From Thermoplasmata archaeon (GTDB lineage: Archaea; Thermoplasmatota; Thermoplasmata; Halarchaeoplasmatales; Halarchaeoplasmataceae): 64,000 nucleotides of DNA. Position 1 is the stretch's first letter; every line of letters begins with the position of its first letter. The position numbers and the translations under genes are program-made. Below the pieces are notes generated by a model, which was not told where the DNA came from, made no database searches, and saw nothing but the letters and a program-made list of their open reading frames with translations. This document shows, piece after piece, positions 39,001 to 47,729 of the stretch. The stretch spans positions 63 through 64,062 of the forward strand of contig PWKY01000076.1 of the NCBI GenBank assembly GCA_003560595.1. The letters are read 5' to 3'.

Positions 39001-40239
39001 GATTATCTGGGTCGAAAACAAGACGCTATTAACAGCTACGATAGGGCTATAGAGATATCACCTGAAGATCCAAACCTCTGGTTCAAGAAAGGGGAATTAC
39101 AGTTCGAAATCGAGGAGTATCAGAAGGCAATAGAGAGCTTCGATAGTGCGACTGATATCGATCCGGATTTCGAAGAGGCATGGTTCGAAAAAGGTCGAGT
39201 ACTTGAGGAAGTTAATCATTATAAACCGGCTATCGAAGCCTATGATAAGGCGATCGGTTTGAAAGCTGAAGATAAATACGCTTGGAATAACAAAGGAAGA
39301 GTTTTGATCGAGATCGGTAAAACTGAAAAGGCCATACGTGCATTCGAAAAGGCGTTGGAACTTGATCTGGAATTTGAATCAGCTAAACAGGGTCTTGAAA
39401 TAGCTAAAGACAAAGAAAGAGAAAGAAAGTTAGAAGAATATGCAAAGAAGATTCTAGAATACGAATCCGTTCGTAATCGGGAAGTATCAAAGGAGGAAGC
39501 ATTTAAAAAGTGCAATATACCCTACAATTACATTGATGAGGTCTTTGCCTATCTTTCCCTCCGTGAGGCACTAGATGTTAATTCATTGGATGAAAAAGAA
39601 AAAGATAAGTTAGAAAACGCTTCTCGAGTGGTGATCAAAAAATTGGCCCTTACCTCACGAGAGACATTGTTAAAAAAAGGAGTCCGGCTGTGCGACATAG
39701 TAACGAACTTCCCCGACAAATCTATACCCGAAGCAAAAAGGGTGCTGGAATATATTCGAGAAGTAGACAATATGGACGTTTCTGCAGAACAGATAGATGA
39801 GTCTACCGAAAGATTGCTCAGAAAAAGAGTACTGACTTTACCGCCTGAAAAACGTGACTTCCTAACACTGATCACCAATCTGAATATCGGGATTCACCAG
39901 GCTAAAAAGGTACTAGCAGCATTAAAGAAATTTGAAGGTGCGGATTACAAGCCTCCAAGCACGGAGATATCAACATTAGTACAGGATGAATTTGCTGTGG
40001 AGGAAAAACTTGATAAAAAAGTGGTTAAGGAGACCAAAGAGGCAAAGCCTACCAAAAGTGAAGATGTTGAGGAACCTGAGTGCTATTTCTGCGGAGACCC
40101 CACGCATTACAAACATGATTGTAACGAGCTATCTCTCTGCCCATCCTGTGAGTCAAAACATGCTGGAGAATACTGTCCGGAGTGTAGAGAAGTAATAGGT
40201 TCTAAAGCAGATGCTGAAGAAGACGATATGATGCTCTAG
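36091..40239 (+). CDS. Giant TPR-repeat protein (about 30 TPR units) with K/E-rich helical region and C-terminal CCHC zinc knuckle plus zinc ribbon
   Basis: Regular 34-aa periodicity over about 1000 aa. C-terminus CYFCGDPTHYKHDC...CPSC...CPEC. TAG stop. Confidence 0.75.
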   Translation: MGLLDNLLDKEKRALNKAQKYIDKAKDLHQSGDVNKAKEYCDKAWDHLKKNEEIFKEKIEELSRVFDDLGWVYYNIGYDDLALHTEEKALEINETNVLALNHKALILTQKGHPSKALHLLSRALEINNEDRYTLINKGDILKKMERYDEAVRTYEKALELDEEDISIYDKILTIEPRNGKIWAERGLALKNSGDYEKAIESFNKSLEINTNQERIWLYKGLALRDMDKLNDAVVCFDNGLEINPENKDLWSSKGVTLHLLKRDEDALEAFSKALEIDSENKDLWNRKGTILYELGRHKEAVNAFDKGIAIDPDDVKLLNNKKEALKPIGRYEELIRVCDKILDKNPSDASSLYDKGVALHRLGKHQEAIQQLEEALSYNPKDIYALEKEKKIYKELEDWESVIRTSDRINEIDSNNWDAWFDKGNSYLKINNPEQAIESFERSLMIKDNELRALEGKKEALILAGRVEEVVSVCDRIISIDPDNTQAYFDRAKALERLKKYERAIKDYRKGLSNDPSWDEHWNDKGLCEYRIGEYREAIESFDKAIGINSDDKRYWNNKGHSLNKLEMYEEAISAYDKALDIEPNDKRVWYSKGLAQEGLNRYEEAVTSYDKTLELDDSNPKVWYSKGIALEWLDRYEEAVEAFDRSIKLKPNNRFAYIRKGLAHSELGEHEKAIKSFNRALDMKGDDIKLLHEKKESLKELNRWSDILQTANQIIDIDSNNLQAWRDKGEALKRLGEPQNALSCYERALSIEKSLKDLIKVKDLFKDLKRTDGVLEYSELIIEEDPKNEEAWQDKAMALKLLKRWDESLQAFDKALEMEPDSQKMWIHKGMVFEHLKQYENAIRAYNEALELDSSDILPIARKAICLKKMERFEEAAEWFQKAMDIEPDNTRYINMRGRCLIETGDLEEAKELFERSLQIDDQNGTTWEYKGILAEKLERYEEAISSLDTAIKLGVEDKDVWITKAECYDYLGRKQDAINSYDRAIEISPEDPNLWFKKGELQFEIEEYQKAIESFDSATDIDPDFEEAWFEKGRVLEEVNHYKPAIEAYDKAIGLKAEDKYAWNNKGRVLIEIGKTEKAIRAFEKALELDLEFESAKQGLEIAKDKERERKLEEYAKKILEYESVRNREVSKEEAFKKCNIPYNYIDEVFAYLSLREALDVNSLDEKEKDKLENASRVVIKKLALTSRETLLKKGVRLCDIVTNFPDKSIPEAKRVLEYIREVDNMDVSAEQIDESTERLLRKRVLTLPPEKRDFLTLITNLNIGIHQAKKVLAALKKFEGADYKPPSTEISTLVQDEFAVEEKLDKKVVKETKEAKPTKSEDVEEPECYFCGDPTHYKHDCNELSLCPSCESKHAGEYCPECREVIGSKADAEEDDMML

Positions 40240-40791
40240 TTAGAAAAAACCGGTCTTCTTTCTTTTGATATCCGCACGTTTACTTTCCAAGAAGCCGTAA
40301 ACCGTACTATGTTCAGAACCCTCTAAGATCATCTGAACAGCTCTTCTAGCTATAGAGAGTTCTGTGGAAAAACCTACCAATGCAACTGTGTTTCCGTAAA
40401 CGGATACGTAACATTCGCTCAACTCTTCTATAAGCTCCCTAGTCCTACCATCTTTTCCTATAAGTCTTGCTTTCATGCGGTGAATTGCATTGGAACTTTT
40501 ACCAACGTATGAGCGTATGTCTATAAGTTCAAAATAGGCTTGATCCTGTAGTAAAAACAGAGCCTTTTTAGGATTGAATCCACGACCGATAGCCTTCACT
40601 ATATCTTCTAATTTAAGGGCTAAAACGGGGTCCTCCACCTCTCGAGTATCGATATCCACTATGCCCGATTCCGAATCCACGTCAAGTATCGCACCGGTTT
40701 TCTTTTCGATTTCTCTTTTTGTCTTACCCTGTTCACCGATAAGTACACCGATCCGTTCCTTAGGTATCTTTACACTAGGCATGGTCATCAT
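40240..40791 (-). CDS. KH-domain RNA-binding protein (archaeal Dim2/Pno1 homologue)
   Basis: Two KH-like modules (IGVLIGEQGKTKREIE, LIGKDGRTRELIE). Overlaps rio1 by 17 nt. Confidence 0.75.
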   Translation of the reverse strand: MMTMPSVKIPKERIGVLIGEQGKTKREIEKKTGAILDVDSESGIVDIDTREVEDPVLALKLEDIVKAIGRGFNPKKALFLLQDQAYFELIDIRSYVGKSSNAIHRMKARLIGKDGRTRELIEELSECYVSVYGNTVALVGFSTELSIARRAVQMILEGSEHSTVYGFLESKRADIKRKKTGFF

Positions 40792-41515
40792 TTCCTTCCA
40801 TGATAGTTCCGATAATTATATCTTCTGATGTTTCAACACCACTTTTTTGAAAGTATCGAGCTAAATTGGAAACATCTCTCTGAAACAATTCGTCTGCTCG
40901 GGGATGACTTGTAGGTACGGACTGTGAAACATCTATGATATACGCATCTCCATCGGAATAGAGGATGTTATATTCGCTGAGATCACCATGAATCAACTTG
41001 ATTTCGTTTACCATCTTATGGTAATCACCTATGATGCTGTTGTAAACTTCTTCCATCTCTTCTTCGTTTAGCTTAACATCTTTTAACATAGGAGCTGGAC
41101 CACCTTGATGTTCCACTAATTCCATAACAAGAATATTGTTTGAAAATGTGATCGGCATAGGTACGTTGATAATAGCTTCGTACATCCTTTTTAGATTAGA
41201 AAATTCCTTCTTTGCCCATGTGTATATTAGCTTTCTTCCTTTGCCTACGCGTTTAAATCTATAGTCTCCCTCGATATACTTTCGATATTCTTTAAAGATC
41301 GAGGTGTTCATTCTCATTATCTTTACTGCTAAAGGGGTATCATCGGGAGAAAGAGCACGGAACACTTTTGCTTCTTTTCCAGTTGAAATGGGATAATCCA
41401 TGGATTGGATATGCCCGTGTTTCATCAATTCGTATAGAACTTCTAAAGTACTCTTATCGAAGACTTCATCTATGGTTTTCCTTCCAGGAACGAATATGTC
41501 ATCACTTCTTTCCAT
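40775..41515 (-). CDS. rio1: RIO-type serine/threonine protein kinase Rio1
   Basis: RIO motifs (STGKEAKVF, LIHGDLSEYNIL, IIDVSQ). Confidence 0.85.
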   Translation of the reverse strand: MERSDDIFVPGRKTIDEVFDKSTLEVLYELMKHGHIQSMDYPISTGKEAKVFRALSPDDTPLAVKIMRMNTSIFKEYRKYIEGDYRFKRVGKGRKLIYTWAKKEFSNLKRMYEAIINVPMPITFSNNILVMELVEHQGGPAPMLKDVKLNEEEMEEVYNSIIGDYHKMVNEIKLIHGDLSEYNILYSDGDAYIIDVSQSVPTSHPRADELFQRDVSNLARYFQKSGVETSEDIIIGTIMEGNDDHA

Positions 41516-41539
41516 TTACCATTTCACCTTATGAAGCCC

Positions 41540-41848
41540 TTAAAAACGTTTCGTGCCTTCTTTCGGGTACTTGATTTTATTTTTTTCAAGTTTTTCTATC
41601 ACCGCTTCAATTAGATCTATATCCGTAACATCGGCTAAAGAAAGAAGGTATATCAAAACATCTGCCATCTCTTCCTTTAGACGCTCTTTTGAAACAATTT
41701 CATCGTCCCTCCACTGAAATAATTCTAACAACTCTGCGGACTCGATACATATAGATATAGAAAGATCTTTAGGATTGTGATATTTAAGCCAATCTCGTTC
41801 ATCTCTAAACTTTACCACTTCTCTTTGAAGGTCGTCAATATCTCTCAT
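41540..41848 (-). CDS. MazG-like nucleotide pyrophosphohydrolase (small all-alpha NTP-PPase)
   Basis: 102 aa with the E..E..D pattern (ESAELLE...EEMADVLIYL). Confidence 0.65.
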   Translation of the reverse strand: MRDIDDLQREVVKFRDERDWLKYHNPKDLSISICIESAELLELFQWRDDEIVSKERLKEEMADVLIYLLSLADVTDIDLIEAVIEKLEKNKIKYPKEGTKRF

Positions 41849-41935
41849 ATAGCTAAATCAAAATAACTGTATATCAATTTTGTCAAAAAATATATAATGA
41901 GAAGGGGTTTTAATGAAACTAGCGTTGATGATCAA

Positions 41936-42220
41936 CTAAGCTTTTTTCATCGTGATTTCCATGGACGATACGTTAACCGTCCCATCATCTCCTTCTCTAT
42001 CGATCTGTTCCGTATCCGTTTTGATATCGATTATTGATGATTCTGGAACGAAACGATGTCTAGTTATCTCAGCAACATCAACGGCCTTACTGATAGCTCG
42101 TCCCCTTGACTTTATAACTACTTCATCTGAACCACTGTTGAACTGGGTCACGACAGCCATTACGTAGTTCATTGTTTCTTTTTTTCCGATATACACTGTG
42201 TTTTCATCATCCATATGCAT
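41936..42220 (-). CDS. albA: Alba DNA/RNA-binding protein
   Basis: 94 aa. GKK.TMNYV...I.KSRGRAISKAVDVAEI is the Alba signature. Confidence 0.85.
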   Translation of the reverse strand: MHMDDENTVYIGKKETMNYVMAVVTQFNSGSDEVVIKSRGRAISKAVDVAEITRHRFVPESSIIDIKTDTEQIDREGDDGTVNVSSMEITMKKA

Positions 42221-42310
42221 TCCTCCTGAGTTGGTTTAGGGCATGACTTTAACTTACGCCAGGTATTTAATATTTGGCCTTTTACGGCCAGGTGAAAGAA
42301 AATAAAAATT

Positions 42311-42329
42311 TTCGAAACTCGCTTTCGAA
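42311..42329 (-). terminator. Hairpin (TTCGAAA-CTCGC-TTTCGAA) followed by a T-tract on the minus strand, just 3' of the tRNA
   Basis: Perfect 7-bp inverted repeat plus an AATTTTTATTTTC run in the transcribed direction. Confidence 0.45.
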
Positions 42330-42357
42330 GGTGAGGTGAGGAAGCGAAAATTGTGAG

Positions 42358-42495
42358 CGGACTCGCCGGGATTTTCGTTCGACGAGGGTTTTCCTCGACA
42401 GGTTTCGAACCCGGGTTTGGGGCTCCGGAGGCCCCAGTGATATCCATTGTAGTCCACACACTAGGATGTGAAGTGGATTGCTACACCACGAGCCC
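42358..42495 (-). tRNA. tRNA-Arg (anticodon CCG) interrupted by two noncanonical introns (about 31 nt in the D-loop, about 32 nt in the T-loop); CCA not encoded
   Basis: Hand-folded. Acceptor GGGCTCG/CGAGTCC with G3-U70. Anticodon arm GGGGC-CTCCGGA-GCCCC with U33 and G37. T-arm CCGGG-TTCGAAA-CCCGG appears only after removing the 32-nt insert. The remaining D-region excess is 31 nt. Mature length is about 75 nt. Confidence 0.7.
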
Positions 42496-42647
42496 TATTT
42501 GTTCTTGAATTCTGTATACCCGCATTGACCACAAGAAACGCGATCTTTATGAACTCCCAAAAACACGCCATCTCCGCATTTTGGACAGTTGCGTCTTAAA
42601 CGTTTTATCTTGCCATCTTTGACTTCGTACATATCTTTTTTAGCCAT
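42495..42647 (-). CDS. rps27ae: Ribosomal protein S27ae (eS31), 50 aa; absent from the ORF track
   Basis: Translation is [51 protein letters not shown]4 zinc ribbon. The TAG stop shares its G with tRNA nucleotide 1. Confidence 0.85.
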   Translation of the reverse strand: MAKKDMYEVKDGKIKRLRRNCPKCGDGVFLGVHKDRVSCGQCGYTEFKNK

Positions 42648-42651
42648 TGGA

Positions 42652-42954
42652 TCATCCCTTCAACTTGTTTCGAGTTATCTGATGCTTTCGTTCGTAGTGT
42701 ATCGCATCGTCTTTACTGTCATATAATTTAGCTATAACTTGAGTTTGATCTAAACCAAACTGTGCGTTTATACTGTCAACCACTATTTGACCCTTATCAA
42801 ATCCAGTTAACGAAGCTATGCTTGCTTTTATCTGATCTCGATTAGGAGTAGGGCCTAACTCATGATGTACAGTAAGTACTAGTTCTCTCCTTTTGAGGAG
42901 TTTATTTTCCTTTTCTTCTTCTATGTCTATTGATATATCCGACATTCTATCCAC
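42652..42954 (-). CDS. rps24e: Ribosomal protein S24e (eS24)
   Basis: [27 protein letters not shown]...[19 protein letters not shown]. True start is probably the internal Met (MSDISIDI...). Confidence 0.85.
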   Translation of the reverse strand: MDRMSDISIDIEEEKENKLLKRRELVLTVHHELGPTPNRDQIKASIASLTGFDKGQIVVDSINAQFGLDQTQVIAKLYDSKDDAIHYERKHQITRNKLKG

Positions 42955-43459
42955 CTTGGTTCACTTTTTCCATACTATTTATTACTTGCCACGCCTTTTC
43001 CTTCTTATCCTTGTCTACTACATTTACAGACATCCCCTTTAAGGGTATCCCATATAATACTATTCCTCCCTCGGGGCATATCACCATGGAAGCTATTGCA
43101 AGAAGATCTTCCTCACCCTTGACCATTATGAGTAAAGAGTTTTCAGAGGATATTCCTTTTTCTATAGCTCTCCAAGATTGAACAGTGATCTGAGCAGGAG
43201 GATTATTTACTTCTATTTTACCTTCGAAAGCAGGCGTATCTCCATCATAATCGCCTCTCCGTGTTTTTCCGTCTATTATGCCGACATCGGGAACGACTCC
43301 TTGTTGGTAAAGAACATCATTGACGTAGTCTCCAACGGCGATCAATGGTTTATTTTTTAAATACTTTTCAGGCAGGGAACCGGAAACTACTGGCCCTATA
43401 CTTTCTTTAAGTTGGTTTCGAAGGTTTTCTGGGAGTTTAAGGTCGTTGACTATTGCCAT
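42947..43459 (-). CDS. DUF359/COG1909 protein (archaeal GTP-dependent dephospho-CoA kinase family)
   Basis: 170 aa. Sits in the position this family occupies in the conserved archaeal spt4–DUF359–S24e–S27ae cluster. Confidence 0.55.
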   Translation of the reverse strand: MAIVNDLKLPENLRNQLKESIGPVVSGSLPEKYLKNKPLIAVGDYVNDVLYQQGVVPDVGIIDGKTRRGDYDGDTPAFEGKIEVNNPPAQITVQSWRAIEKGISSENSLLIMVKGEEDLLAIASMVICPEGGIVLYGIPLKGMSVNVVDKDKKEKAWQVINSMEKVNQGG

Positions 43460-43466
43460 AAGATAC

Positions 43467-43658
43467 CTATTCTCTAACTTTTAAAGCGAATTTACCGTTT
43501 GTCTTTATTCCCATCTTCCTAGCTAGTTCGGAATGTTCATGTTCGATCACGATCAGGTATCCCTGCCATTCTTGTGTGACTTCTGATCCACATAAAGGAC
43601 ATTCCTTCTCATGTGTGATGGCATTGCATTTTTTACACGCCTTCTTCTTTTTAGCCAT
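43467..43658 (-). CDS. spt4: Transcription elongation factor Spt4 (RNA polymerase subunit E'')
   Basis: C4 zinc ribbon CKKC...CPLCG, W.GYLIV, short C-terminus. The ORF track extends to 43691, but the MAKKKK start avoids overlap with rpo7. Confidence 0.75.
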   Translation of the reverse strand: MAKKKKACKKCNAITHEKECPLCGSEVTQEWQGYLIVIEHEHSELARKMGIKTNGKFALKVRE

Positions 43659-43663
43659 AAATA

Positions 43664-44212
43664 TTAAGCCTCCAGTTTCTCTTTGATCCATTCAACTTTA
43701 CCTAGGCCGGCTTGACGCATGGTTAACCCGATTTTACTTTCTCTTGGGCTTCTCTCGTTGACGCTTACTGTGACTATCCTGGCTCTAAGCTTATCGTTGA
43801 TACCGATCTCCCTTTTGGATTCTCTTCCTCTCAAACGCTGGTTACCTATATCTACTTCTACTCTATCATTCATTATTTGACTGATATGGAGAAGACCGTC
43901 TAGGGGGCCGAATCTAACGAATGCTCCGAATTTTAGTATTTCACAAACATAACCGTAAATCAATTCGTTTTCTTCCAGCTGGAACAATAGAGCATCGTAT
44001 TTAACCCGCTGATATATACCTCCGTCACCATGGACTATTTTACCGTCTCCCAATCGCTCGATATTGGTTGCCATTATTATCAATTTATTGCCATCTTCTA
44101 GATTACCTTCGAAGGTTTCGCATGCTATCTCTTTTGCAACCTGATCCAGGTCTTCGTCTAGTTTGTGTGGAGGTATCCTTATGGTATCTTCTTTCTTTTC
44201 CATCTTGTACAT
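43664..44212 (-). CDS. rpoE: RNA polymerase subunit Rpo7 (E'), S1-domain
   Basis: N-terminal IRIPPHKL...VAKEI... and a C-terminal S1-like OB domain. Upstream of spt4, the classical arrangement. Confidence 0.8.
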   Translation of the reverse strand: MYKMEKKEDTIRIPPHKLDEDLDQVAKEIACETFEGNLEDGNKLIIMATNIERLGDGKIVHGDGGIYQRVKYDALLFQLEENELIYGYVCEILKFGAFVRFGPLDGLLHISQIMNDRVEVDIGNQRLRGRESKREIGINDKLRARIVTVSVNERSPRESKIGLTMRQAGLGKVEWIKEKLEA

Positions 44213-44226
44213 GTGTTCTCACCAGC

Positions 44227-46308
44227 TTAAATCAGTCCAGTTCGCGGGATTATACTTGCAAATACTAATGCAACTACGGACATGAGCTTTATCAGTATGT
44301 TCAAAGAGGGTCCCGAGGTATCTTTGAACGGATCGCCGACGGTATCGCCTACTACCCCGGCTTTGTGTGAATCCGACCCTTTGCCCCCATGGTGGCCCTG
44401 TTCTATGTACTTTTTGGCGTTATCCCATGCTCCACCTGCATTTGCCATCATGATCGCGAGGACGAATCCGGTACCTACAGCAGCCATCAGGAATCCGCCT
44501 AGTGCGGCTGCGCCCAGGATCATCCCGACTGCTACGGGGACTACTATAGCCAATACTCCGGGTATCACCATCTCTTTTAGAGCTGATGCAGTGCTTAGAT
44601 TGATCACTCGTTGGTAATCTGCCTCGGCCTCACCGTCTATCAACCCAGGGATCTCCTTGAACTGTATTCTGACCTCCTTAACTATCTCAAAGGCTGATTT
44701 TCCCACCGCTTTCATGGTGATCGCACAGAAAATGAATGGAACCATAGCGCCAAGGAAGATGCCCACCAGTACGGGTGGTTGCAGTATACTGAAGTCACCT
44801 ACTTCCAATCCGACCTGAGACGCGTAGGCTGCTGTTAGAGTCAGTGCAGTCAGTGCTGCGGACCCGATTGCGAAACCCTTTCCGGTGGCCGCTGTTGTAT
44901 TGCCGAGAGAGTCAAGAGCATCTGTTCGTTCACGTACCTTTGGCTCTAGACCACTCATCTCCGCTAGACCACCTGCGTTGTCGGCTACCGGGCCATAGGC
45001 ATCAGTCGAAAGTGTGACTCCAAGGGTTGAAAGCATCCCGATGGCGGAGATGGCTACACCATACAATCCTGCGAATTCAAATGAAATAATTATGGCTACA
45101 GATACGATTATCACAGGGAATAGAGTACTTTCCATACCACTAGCTATACCCTGTATGATAAAAGTAGCAGGTCCGGTCTCCGTTGATTTCGCCAGGTTTT
45201 TAGTTGGTTTGTACCTGTCAGACGTATAGTATTCCGTGAAATACCCTATCAAGGAACCAGCTATAAGACCTGCTACGACAGCACCCCATATACCTAGGTT
45301 GTCCGGTGCAAGTAGATAAACAACAAAGAATGAGAATACTCCTACTATCACTGCAGAACCATACGTACCCCTGCGAAGTGCATTAAGGAGTGCTTCCTGG
45401 CTGGCATCTTCTTTGGTTCTTACAAAAAAGATTGCAACCATGGATGCGATGATCCCTGCAGCAGCGATCAATAAGGGGATAGCAAAAATTTCAGTTCCCA
45501 TACCTTCAACAGGGCTGTCCAACAAGGGAGTCATACCAGAGCCTTCATAGGCCATCCACCCAAGGGTAAGAGCCGCTATGATCGAGTTGGTGTATGATTC
45601 GTAAAGGTCGGCACCCATGCCGGCAACATCACCAACATTATCTCCCACGTTATCTGCGATAACTGCAGGGTTCCTTGGATCGTCTTCGGCTATCCCTGCT
45701 TCGACCTTTCCTGCTAAGTCTGCGCCGACGTCGGCAGCTTTGGTGTAGATACCTCCACCCACACGGGCGAAGAGTGCTATCGAGCTAGCACCAAAACCGA
45801 AGCCGGCTATGAACGTAAGTGAATCCTCTAAACCTACAAAATAATTTGTTAACAAGAGCACAGCGCTCAATCCTAGTAACCCAAGGCTGACAACGGACAT
45901 CCCCATGACCGCACCACCTCTAAAGGCTATACGAAGTGATTTATCAAGGCTATTCCTAGCAGCCTGAGTAGTAGGTGCACTTGAATTGGTAGCGGTTATC
46001 ATGCCCATGTATCCTGCAGTAGCCGATAGGATAGCGCCTACAAGGAATGCAAAGGCAGTGAAAGGTGCATTTCCATCTGCTAAGTCCTTTCCACCCAGCA
46101 ATATTGCTACAACGGCCACGAATATGGCGATATATTTGTATTCAGTATGCAGATAAGTCTTAGCGCCTTGCTGTACTTGGTCGGCTATCTTCTGCATCAA
46201 TTTATTTCCTTTATCTTGTTTGGATATAAACTTAGAGAAATATCCTGCTAGAAGTATTCCAAGTAGAGACACCAATATAGCTACTATTCCGTACTCTATT
46301 CCATTCAT
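44227..46308 (-). CDS. hppA: Membrane-bound proton-translocating inorganic pyrophosphatase (V-PPase)
   Basis: 693 aa, about 15 TM segments, signature GDNVGDVAGMGADLYESY and other acidic motifs. Confidence 0.95.
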   Translation of the reverse strand: MNGIEYGIVAILVSLLGILLAGYFSKFISKQDKGNKLMQKIADQVQQGAKTYLHTEYKYIAIFVAVVAILLGGKDLADGNAPFTAFAFLVGAILSATAGYMGMITATNSSAPTTQAARNSLDKSLRIAFRGGAVMGMSVVSLGLLGLSAVLLLTNYFVGLEDSLTFIAGFGFGASSIALFARVGGGIYTKAADVGADLAGKVEAGIAEDDPRNPAVIADNVGDNVGDVAGMGADLYESYTNSIIAALTLGWMAYEGSGMTPLLDSPVEGMGTEIFAIPLLIAAAGIIASMVAIFFVRTKEDASQEALLNALRRGTYGSAVIVGVFSFFVVYLLAPDNLGIWGAVVAGLIAGSLIGYFTEYYTSDRYKPTKNLAKSTETGPATFIIQGIASGMESTLFPVIIVSVAIIISFEFAGLYGVAISAIGMLSTLGVTLSTDAYGPVADNAGGLAEMSGLEPKVRERTDALDSLGNTTAATGKGFAIGSAALTALTLTAAYASQVGLEVGDFSILQPPVLVGIFLGAMVPFIFCAITMKAVGKSAFEIVKEVRIQFKEIPGLIDGEAEADYQRVINLSTASALKEMVIPGVLAIVVPVAVGMILGAAALGGFLMAAVGTGFVLAIMMANAGGAWDNAKKYIEQGHHGGKGSDSHKAGVVGDTVGDPFKDTSGPSLNILIKLMSVVALVFASIIPRTGLI

Positions 46309-46367
46309 GCTAACACCTGATTGAATAAAGGGACTGACATTAAGTATTTATATTTTTTCAATCACCG

Positions 46368-47729
46368 TTATCCCGATGTGAAAGAAAGATCTTCTACTTG
46401 TAGGTAAGGTAGTTCCATGTAGAGTAGTGAAGCCACTTTTTCTACGTTGGATGATATGGCAGATATATTGTTCAAAGAGTCAAATACGTTTCCCGAGACC
46501 ATCATATTCTTCAATGGGTGCTTTATTGCCCCGCCTTCTATCATGTAACCGCCCTTTACAACTCCAGAAAAATCACCGTTCACTGGATTAATATCGCCAG
46601 AGAAACGGTTTATCAATACACCGTTCTCAACTTCACTTATCAAATGCTCGAGTCCCCTATTACCAGGAGATAAAACAAGGTTTGTGGGATCTATAGAGGG
46701 GATGGTTCTTGGGCCACCAGAAGCATGTCCAGTTGACTGGACGTCCATGGCGTTTGCTGTGTAACTGTTGTGAAGATGGCTTTTTAAGACCCCATCTTCG
46801 ACGATCTTTAACTTAGGTATCGGCAGCCCTTCCCTATCGAAGGACCTACATCTTAACCCCTTGGGAAGTCTTGAATGGTCGACCAAGTTAAAGTTCGAAG
46901 CCGCAATTTTCTCTCCGATCTTATCAGTAAAAGGACTCATGCCTCTGAGTACACGGTTACCTTTTAAAGGATATATCAGGCCCATGAATAACATCATTGC
47001 CAAAGCCTGAGGAGATAATATTCCAGTACCCTCGAAGCTCTTCGCTTTTTTTGCACCCAGTGAATTTATAGTGGATTCAACAAGTTCACGAGCCACCATT
47101 TCAACATCAATATCGGCGATATAGTTAGATCCTCCGACTTTTAGATCTTCATTCGATATCTCACCTTTATCTGATGCCATGCCCATAGCGAGACAGATAT
47201 AAACACTAGATCTCTCGGATTCACTTACACCCCTGGAATTGACCACCGCTCTTTGCATGTCATGTGTGGCAAAAAAACCATCGCTGAAGCTGAATCTATC
47301 ATCCTGGTTAAGGCAGGTTTCAAGCAAAAGTTTTGCATTTCTCACTGCATCTTGGACCTCGAAATCCTGAATAGTTTTGTCATAAATACCCTTCAGATGA
47401 GATACCTTCTTGGGTGCTGGTATCAAGTTATTTTCATCTGGGATAGAATTTTTAGCGATATTATATGCTTCTTTTACCTTCTTTAATATCACTCTTTCAT
47501 CTAAGGAATGCACAGAAGAAAAACCCAAACGGTCATCGTGTAGAACCCTCACGCCTACCTGTTCTTTGACATGATAGCGGGACATATTGATCTCATTACT
47601 TTGAATACCAACATCGATGTTTGTATCCGTAACTAGGTAGATCTCTAAATCGTCGATATTTTCCGCCTTTCTGAGTATATTTTCCCCTAACTCGAGCAAT
47701 CTAGACATCTCATCCCTCCTGCTTTCCAC
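46368..47729 (-). CDS. TldE/PmbA-family protein (TldD/PmbA fold, no HExxxH)
   Basis: 453 aa TldD/PmbA-like protein lacking the metalloprotease motif. Overlaps the upstream TldD gene by 20 nt. Confidence 0.7.
   Translation of the reverse strand: MESRRDEMSRLLELGENILRKAENIDDLEIYLVTDTNIDVGIQSNEINMSRYHVKEQVGVRVLHDDRLGFSSVHSLDERVILKKVKEAYNIAKNSIPDENNLIPAPKKVSHLKGIYDKTIQDFEVQDAVRNAKLLLETCLNQDDRFSFSDGFFATHDMQRAVVNSRGVSESERSSVYICLAMGMASDKGEISNEDLKVGGSNYIADIDVEMVARELVESTINSLGAKKAKSFEGTGILSPQALAMMLFMGLIYPLKGNRVLRGMSPFTDKIGEKIAASNFNLVDHSRLPKGLRCRSFDREGLPIPKLKIVEDGVLKSHLHNSYTANAMDVQSTGHASGGPRTIPSIDPTNLVLSPGNRGLEHLISEVENGVLINRFSGDINPVNGDFSGVVKGGYMIEGGAIKHPLKNMMVSGNVFDSLNNISAISSNVEKVASLLYMELPYLQVEDLSFTSG

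Noticed and set aside
42169-42459. ORF-track entries 42169..42459 and 42254..42457 (96 and 67 aa, minus strand)
   Set aside because: Both lie over the intron-containing tRNA-Arg and its terminator hairpin. Low-complexity translations. They are artefacts of the RNA gene.
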